Source: an uncultured Candidatus Saccharibacteria bacterium
GTDB taxonomy: Bacteria > Patescibacteriota > Andersenbacteria > UBA10190
DNA length: 61,812 bases
Assembly: GCA_964392095.1 (NCBI GenBank)
Contig: CAYMOF010000002.1
Location: 1 to 61,812, forward strand
Reading direction: 5' to 3'
Below are positions 56,289 through 61,812 of the stretch, one piece after another (the stretch's first letter is position 1; each line of letters opens with the position of its first letter). The notes beneath the pieces are model-generated. The model was not told the DNA's origin, searched no databases, and saw only the letters and a list, made by a program, of their open reading frames with translations. A program made the position numbers and the translations under genes.

Positions 56289-57346
56289 ACCTTATCAGTT
56301 CTGTCAGCAGCAGGAAGCTTTTTGGGATCATTATTAACTTCTAGTTGCTCTAGACGGTTTGAAAATCTATCCAGCCGTCTAATGGAATTTTCATAACGAT
56401 TCTTGGCGTTGTTTATATGTTTTCCTACCATGGAAAAGTCATCGTTAAATTTTTTAAAATCTATACGAAATTGACTGATGCTGGCCATAATTTCTCGAGC
56501 CTGTTGTTGTATTTTCATCCCTCTTAAGCCAATTAAAACAGTTTGCAGGTAAGCAAGAAAACTGTTAGGCGAAACGGGCACAATTTTATTTTTCAGGCAA
56601 AATTCCCATAAGACATCGCCGTCTGTCTGGTGGACCATCGTTTCGTAGTAAATGCTTTCAACGGGAATATACATAAAGGCGTAATCCAGGGTTTTGTCTT
56701 GAGGAGATATGTATTTTTTGCTGATATCCAAGACATGTTTTTTTAAGTCTCGCATTAGGGCAGTCCGTAATTTCGATTTAATGTTCTCGTCTCTTTCTTT
56801 GGCGTAGGTTTCAAAGTTAGACAAAGGGAATTTGGCGTCAGCCGCTACAATGTAACCATCCTGCAGTTTAATAACAGCGTCCGCTATTTCTCCGCTGCCG
56901 GGCATGGTGTATTGAATAAGGTAGCGATCTGACGGCAAAACGTCTTTTAGAAGATTAGACAACAGTACTTCGCCAAAGCCACCTCTGATTTTAGGACTTT
57001 TTAATAATTGCTGAAAATCAAGTATTTCCTCCGTGCTGTTTTTTAAGGCGGAGGTAGCGTTTTCTAACTTACCTAAACTGGAGCTTACTTCCCGCACAGT
57101 TCTTTCGGTCTGGTGAACCCGGGTGGCGAGGAACGATTTTGATTCGTTCATGGCGTGAACATTTTCATTGAGCCGACGCTCGAGATTATTAGACATGCGT
57201 TCTAGGCTGTCGGTGACATTTCTTTGAAGTTCATTTAACCGGTGATTGTCTTCTTCTTTGTTTGAATTTTTTTTCAGCACCAACCACAATAAACCTCCGC
57301 CCAAGGTAAGGCCAGAGAGAAAAATTATTATGTTAGCCGGCTCCAT
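56285..57346 (-). CDS. rmuC: DNA recombination protein RmuC
   Basis: N-terminal TM, coiled coil, RmuC nuclease-like C-domain (DYAFMYIPVESIY). Confidence 0.8.
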   Translation of the reverse strand: MEPANIIIFLSGLTLGGGLLWLVLKKNSNKEEDNHRLNELQRNVTDSLERMSNNLERRLNENVHAMNESKSFLATRVHQTERTVREVSSSLGKLENATSALKNSTEEILDFQQLLKSPKIRGGFGEVLLSNLLKDVLPSDRYLIQYTMPGSGEIADAVIKLQDGYIVAADAKFPLSNFETYAKERDENIKSKLRTALMRDLKKHVLDISKKYISPQDKTLDYAFMYIPVESIYYETMVHQTDGDVLWEFCLKNKIVPVSPNSFLAYLQTVLIGLRGMKIQQQAREIMASISQFRIDFKKFNDDFSMVGKHINNAKNRYENSIRRLDRFSNRLEQLEVNNDPKKLPAADRTDKV

Positions 57347-57358
57347 TTGGTTATTATA

Positions 57359-58201
57359 TTATTCCTGGTTTGTGTCTTGAGCGGTATTGATAATTTCTTC
57401 TAGGGAACGGGCCTGATCGGGCGGGCTTATATCAACTTTCTTGTTGCGATTATTTAAATGAAGGGTGAAAACAACGGTGTTGCCGCCCGGCATAGTAATA
57501 CTGGTATTGACTAAGTGCAGGCTGTGGCTCCATTTGGAAACCCCGACAGTAGTTTTGATGTCTTCGGCGTTAGAAACGTTGTTTTTGAAATTATTTACCT
57601 GTTCGGCCGTTAATCTGGTACCAAGGATACTGGCTATCTGATCAAGAAAGTGTAAAACGGCTGTTGTTGAAGTTGATATTTCATAAGTGGTTACGGAATT
57701 GTCGTTTACTTCGGTTTTGCCTGTTTTACGAATATTTTTTATAAGGAGTTCGTCATCTTTTAGCTGACTGTCCGTCTCTTCTCCTCCCCGATTAGTTTTT
57801 ATCCACTGATTTTTAAACTGCGACAAGAGAGGAATGGTGGGAGGAGCTTTAGTAATACGAATGAAGGCATCTTCATTTATAAAAATTATATCTCCTTCAA
57901 TGCGCATAGTAACGCTGTCTGTATCGGTGGATATTAAAATATGGGTTTTTAATGAGTTGCGAGGTGAGGTGCGCTCAAAAACACCATCAAAGTTAACGTT
58001 TAAAGACGCTCCTTCGCCTATTAAGGATTGAGTAGCTTCCAGGTTGGTTAGCATTATGTGTCCGTCAAAGGATTGAGTGCGTGAGTAGGCAAGTTTTTGA
58101 AATGAGCGGTTAACTACAAAAGAGGGTCTTTGCCAAAAATAAATAGCAACCAAGACAAGGAGAATAATTAAGATTAAAGCTATCAATAGTCGCTTTCTCA
58201 T
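57359..58201 (-). CDS. hypothetical membrane-anchored extracytoplasmic protein (280 aa)
   Basis: ORF track; N-terminal TM LLIALILIILLVLVAIYFW. Confidence 0.4.
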   Translation of the reverse strand: MRKRLLIALILIILLVLVAIYFWQRPSFVVNRSFQKLAYSRTQSFDGHIMLTNLEATQSLIGEGASLNVNFDGVFERTSPRNSLKTHILISTDTDSVTMRIEGDIIFINEDAFIRITKAPPTIPLLSQFKNQWIKTNRGGEETDSQLKDDELLIKNIRKTGKTEVNDNSVTTYEISTSTTAVLHFLDQIASILGTRLTAEQVNNFKNNVSNAEDIKTTVGVSKWSHSLHLVNTSITMPGGNTVVFTLHLNNRNKKVDISPPDQARSLEEIINTAQDTNQE

Positions 58202-58269
58202 AGAAACATGGTCTGGTGAAGTATAACGAGAGGGGGGTTATTAATCAAATTGTTGTAGAGAAAAGGAGG

Positions 58270-59823
58270 TTATTGCTCAATAATTTCTTCTTTTCGGTCG
58301 CGGACAAAGTCGAACCACTCTTCAATAATATCAATTAAGATCTTAAAGGGAGCTTCCAGGACGCGGTCCATAAGAAACAAGAAGATATTGAGCTGTTTAA
58401 CATGCTGGGCCAGCCAGCGGCCGAACTCCAGAATGGGTAAAGACAAGAAGCTGATAACGGCCGAAGCGGCGCTTTCGCTTTTGGGAATAACGCGTAAATC
58501 TTCGATGGATCTGCGGATGCGGGTAGCTAGGAAGCTGACCAGGCCCAAAAAGACTATGAAGAAAAACATAGCCAATAGCGAAAATTCCATTTTGTCTAAA
58601 ATAGTAAACAGCAACCAGAAGATAAAAACGAATAATAGAGCATATATGGTAGCAAAAGCGGACCAGGTAGTGGCTCCATAGCGTCGTGGCGGATTAGCCA
58701 CGACGGTGGGAAGTTCGCCCTCGCCGGTAACAATTTTTTTAAGTTGTTCAACGGTACGTTCAGTGTTGGCGGCTCCTGGCAATCTGGCGGTGGTAGCAAG
58801 GACAAAAAGAAGAAAAGGATGAAAAGTAATGTTGGTAGCGAGTGCCAAGTAATGAATCTTTCCTAGTAAAAATTTTTCATAAGGGACCTCGATGAAGAGA
58901 GCTAAGAGGGTTTTGGTGAAAAACAGAAACAGGATGCTATGCCAAGCCCTTTTACTCATTCTGTCTTTAGTGTGATTGGCTCGCCTGTCAAAAGACTCGC
59001 GAGCAATGGTGTCCAAAGAGTCTTCGGAAGAAAAAGTTTCTTCGTTAGCGTTCTGCATAATATCGCGGAGGATCAGATAAGGTACGGCTGACGGCCTTAA
59101 TGTGCGGGTCAGGCGGTCTCGAGCGGGGTGGTTAAGAGCTTCGTCTATACTGCGGTGGAAGGCGGGAATGTCTTTACGAATAGAGTCCAGTTCGGGGGCT
59201 GACATGTTTTCACTGTCCCAGCCGGAAAAGCGGTGGTTAAAATAGTGATAGGTTAATTCGTAGTTGTCGGCGGCGAACAGGGCACGGTGACATCCTAAAT
59301 ATAGTTGGGTAGATTGGTCTTTTTCGGGCACAAAATTATTAATCCAGACAATCCGCGACTGCACATCTTTATACATAAGGTGAACCAGGGCTTCTTGCGG
59401 AGTGGAAGGGAAAAGCCTGTGATCAATAGCGACAGAAATAAGTCTTAGAAACCAGGTTCCATCTTTGTGGTTTAAGCCCGCATAAATTTGCTTGGTGTTT
59501 TTTAGTTGTTGGCCAATAGCGGCGGCGTAGGAGCGCGGACAAGGTCTAATATAGTTGGCACGGATTAATTCCTGAAGAAGGTTGGTAGCAATAACAGTGG
59601 GTGGGCGGTCTTCAAAAAGGCGGCGTTCTAAAATTCTGGTAATGGCATTGCGGCGAAGGATTTCTTCTTCGTCCGGATCAAGAGTGTTGCGAAATCTTTC
59701 GTAGGTAAAAGCGATTCGCTTGGTAGCGGTAGAAACTTCTATGTAGTCATCAGCTTGAGTCTGGGTAGCTAGCGGTTGCTGAAAATAAGCCTGTAGTTCG
59801 ATTATTTCTGGTCTTACTTCCAT
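58270..59823 (-). CDS. hypothetical membrane protein with ~300-aa cytoplasmic N-domain (517 aa)
   Basis: ORF track; about 5 C-terminal TMs; no confident family. Confidence 0.45.
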   Translation of the reverse strand: MEVRPEIIELQAYFQQPLATQTQADDYIEVSTATKRIAFTYERFRNTLDPDEEEILRRNAITRILERRLFEDRPPTVIATNLLQELIRANYIRPCPRSYAAAIGQQLKNTKQIYAGLNHKDGTWFLRLISVAIDHRLFPSTPQEALVHLMYKDVQSRIVWINNFVPEKDQSTQLYLGCHRALFAADNYELTYHYFNHRFSGWDSENMSAPELDSIRKDIPAFHRSIDEALNHPARDRLTRTLRPSAVPYLILRDIMQNANEETFSSEDSLDTIARESFDRRANHTKDRMSKRAWHSILFLFFTKTLLALFIEVPYEKFLLGKIHYLALATNITFHPFLLFVLATTARLPGAANTERTVEQLKKIVTGEGELPTVVANPPRRYGATTWSAFATIYALLFVFIFWLLFTILDKMEFSLLAMFFFIVFLGLVSFLATRIRRSIEDLRVIPKSESAASAVISFLSLPILEFGRWLAQHVKQLNIFLFLMDRVLEAPFKILIDIIEEWFDFVRDRKEEIIEQ

Positions 59824-59884
59824 GCGCTAGATAATAAAATTATTGACTGCTCTAATAGTGGCAAGTTTTTTAATCCCTGTCCAA

Positions 59885-60110
59885 TAGGAGATTGGTATCC
59901 ACTCACTCACCTGAAAGTGCTTGTTACCAGACACTCTGGTTTACTCATTCTCGGCCGCTCCAGCGGTGGCCTCTGAGGTCCGTGGCCCTTTTGTCCCTCG
60001 ACTTCTCTCGGGAACCAGGCCAAAAAGGCCACGGATTCCGCTTACATGACCTGTGCACAATTTCATGCTGTGTTGGTGGGAGTGGCCGGATAAAGGGTGT
60101 GACAAGTTGT
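59885..60110. ncRNA. unclassified GC-rich hairpin-dense element (candidate structured RNA, strand unknown)
   Basis: CCGTGGCC 59979-59986 pairs with GGCCACGG 60027-60034; ACCAGA-CAC-TCTGGT hairpin near 59927. Shares ordered motifs with 1879-2025. Confidence 0.3.
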
Positions 60111-60186
60111 ATTTTTGTTACTATTCTATGGTTGCTGGGTTTTGAGTGTACCTTTTGTCAACTTGTCCTTTTGGGAGACGGGGGTT

Positions 60187-60618
60187 ATGTGTGGACCAGC
60201 TGGGATTAACATGCAGCTTTTTTCTTCGGTGGTTGGGTTTCTGCAAGAAGCATTGAAGGGAAGAAGAGGAAGGGTTTCTTTTCGTTATCTTGATGAAGTC
60301 TCTGTGGGGGTTTACTTTGAAAGTAATTTGTATAAAACTATTGCTTTCAGGCCTTTTATGCTCTCTGTGGTTGCTTGTTGTCAGCAATTAGCTTTGGTTC
60401 AGAGAGCACAAGGAGGAAATTGTGTTCCTGTATTTGGCAAAGTCATTGATGAACCAAGTAGTGGATTCACCATTGAATTTGCAAAAGGAGCAACCGTTGG
60501 AGATATCGATAGATTAACGAATCAAATCTTTCAACGAGCGGAGCAGGTGGCTAAGCAACAGGGTGGTCACGGACATTCTGAATGTGCTGGAACATGTGCG
60601 CCTGTGTCTTGGCGTTGA
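60187..60618 (+). CDS. hypothetical protein (143 aa), composition atypical for the window
   Basis: GGGAG 9 nt before ATG 60187; terminator follows; no family recognised. Confidence 0.35.
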   Translation: MCGPAGINMQLFSSVVGFLQEALKGRRGRVSFRYLDEVSVGVYFESNLYKTIAFRPFMLSVVACCQQLALVQRAQGGNCVPVFGKVIDEPSSGFTIEFAKGATVGDIDRLTNQIFQRAEQVAKQQGGHGHSECAGTCAPVSWR

Positions 60619-60629
60619 GTTGCCCCCTG

Positions 60630-60662
60630 GGGTCTTGTTTGAAAAGGCAAGGCCCTTTTTTT
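60630..60662 (+). terminator. intrinsic terminator
   Basis: GGGTCTTG / CAAGGCCC stem (one G-U), then T7. Confidence 0.6.
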
Positions 60663-61272
60663 ATTTGTCGGCTTCGTAAAGTCTTTCAGCTTCCGGCCAG
60701 TTAACGACATTCCACCAGGCGTCGATGTAGTCCGGGCGGCGGTTTTGATATTTTAGATAATAGGCGTGCTCCCAAACGTCTAGGCCAATGATCGGTTTCA
60801 GGTTATTAGAATAAGGGCTGTCCTGATTGGGGGTATTGACAATATCTAATTCACCTTCGGAATTAATAACCAGCCAAGTCCAGCCGCTGCCAAAAAGGCT
60901 TTTGGCTTGATCAGTAAATTGTTTTTTGAAATTATTAAAATCTGTATAAGTTTGAGAGAGAGCTTCAGCTAAATCGCCGGATGGTTCTCCCCCGCCATCG
61001 GGATTTAAGATATTCCAGAAAAATGTGTGGTGGGCATGCCCTCCGCCGTGATTTTTAACCGCCGTCCTTATTTCCTGCGGCACTGAATCCAGATTAGATA
61101 AGATTTCCTTTATGTCTTTTTCTTTAAGGTCCGGATAGTTCTCTATGGCGCTGGTTACTTTTTCAAAATAACTGGCATGGTGCTTGTCGTGATGAACCTC
61201 CATAGTGCGGGCATCAATATGAGGTTCTAGAGCATTATAAGAATAAGGCAGTTGGGGCAATTGTGATTCCAT
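60661..61272 (-). CDS. Fe/Mn superoxide dismutase
   Basis: HHDKHH, DVWEHAYY metal-ligand motifs; 203 aa. Confidence 0.95.
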   Translation of the reverse strand: MESQLPQLPYSYNALEPHIDARTMEVHHDKHHASYFEKVTSAIENYPDLKEKDIKEILSNLDSVPQEIRTAVKNHGGGHAHHTFFWNILNPDGGGEPSGDLAEALSQTYTDFNNFKKQFTDQAKSLFGSGWTWLVINSEGELDIVNTPNQDSPYSNNLKPIIGLDVWEHAYYLKYQNRRPDYIDAWWNVVNWPEAERLYEADK

Positions 61273-61462
61273 AATTTATAAATTAGAAACAAAAAATAGA
61301 AGATAATTTATTACTAACTTACAGATATGAGTGCCCTTGGGCAAGATTTTTATTCTGGCCGGGTAACAATAGATAAGCTTTAAAAGCGAAAATGTCCACT
61401 TTTAAAAGCGAGATTAATGTTAACAAAAGAAACAATGGGGTCTGTTTGTCCGTGTCCACTTT

Positions 61463-61792
61463 ATGGGGTACGGATCAGAGGTCCGGCAGTTTCTGGTCAA
61501 ACATCGATTCGATTTGACTGACGTTCACGCCGAAAAGCAGTTGCGCGAAGGCGCCAGCCATGTTCTGAAAGCTGACCTGTTGGCAGAGCAGAGACTGGTG
61601 CTGAAGCTGTGCAAGCTGTGGCCGGATACTCCGGTTCTCTGTGAGGAGGCGGAACACTCCGAGCTGCCGAAGCAGGTGCCCAGTGTTCACCTGCTTCCGT
61701 ACCGTGATAATGTTACCGACCTTTCCGACACGCTCATCAGTGTGGACGGACTGGATGGATCGGCGCTGTATAAAGTGGTACCCAATGTCTAG
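61463..61792 (+). pseudogene. inositol-monophosphatase/CysQ-family fragment (N-terminal third only, then stop)
   Basis: KADLLAEQRLVLKLCKLWPDTPVLCEEAE and ISVDGLDGS resemble the EE and DPxDGT metal motifs. ORF stops after 109 aa; region is GC-rich. Confidence 0.4.
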
Positions 61793-61812
61793 ACAACTTT
61801 TCCCCAATTTCA

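Noticed and set aside
59892-60209. 105-aa ORF across the GC-rich patch (and antisense 60121-60387)
   Set aside because: No SD, a Cys/Trp/Arg-rich translation, and it spans obvious hairpins. This fits non-coding structured DNA better.
1-61812. Alternative genetic code (UGA as Gly, as in some candidate phyla)
   Set aside because: All conserved genes are full length with standard stops, and several end in TGA at the expected position.

Overview
Gene-dense, AT-rich bacterial chromosome segment. The standard genetic code fits: long intact ORFs, no need for UGA recoding. The gene content suggests a streamlined uncultured lineage such as CPR/Patescibacteria, but this is inference only. It includes a split transketolase, a complete archaeal-order A/V-type ATPase operon, coiled-coil M23 and lytic-transglycosylase wall enzymes, a TrbC/VirB2-like pilin, many small membrane orphans and very short spacers.

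Core content:
- Pentose-phosphate genes (rpiB, rpe-like, split tkt).
- A GH13 sucrose-phosphorylase-family enzyme paired with a GT4-like transferase.
- A nine-gene A/V-ATPase operon followed by a Na+/Ca2+ exchanger.
- Replication and repair genes: a priA-like gene, dnaB, recR, lexA, rmuC.
- Translation and nucleotide genes: gltX, pyrG, aspS, rpmA, rplI, rplU.
- CIRCE-hrcA-grpE-dnaK-X-dnaJ.
- An envelope polysaccharide cluster (DUF192, WecA-like, processive GT2).
- Fe/Mn SOD and one tRNA-Lys(UUU).
- No rRNA or CRISPR array seen.

Most worth a second look:
1. A 1.2-kb mini-island bounded by a 20-bp direct repeat of the tRNA-Lys 3' end. It carries a self-contained unit (consensus promoter, start-stop ORF, GC-rich small ORF, terminator) and a membrane protein, but no integrase.
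2. Three GC-rich, hairpin-dense non-coding patches (1879-2025, 35017-35560, 59885-60110) in an AT-rich background. Two share collinear short motifs. One is a ~300-nt aspS leader with mutually exclusive hairpins that I could not assign to T-box or any known class.
3. A Na+-type ion-binding signature in the ATPase c subunit.
4. A PriA homologue with eroded helicase motifs.
5. An IS30 remnant abutting a frameshifted pilin-like gene.
6. An 885-bp ORF-free convergent spacer.

I cannot name a specific new system from sequence alone. The items above are candidates with stated tests.
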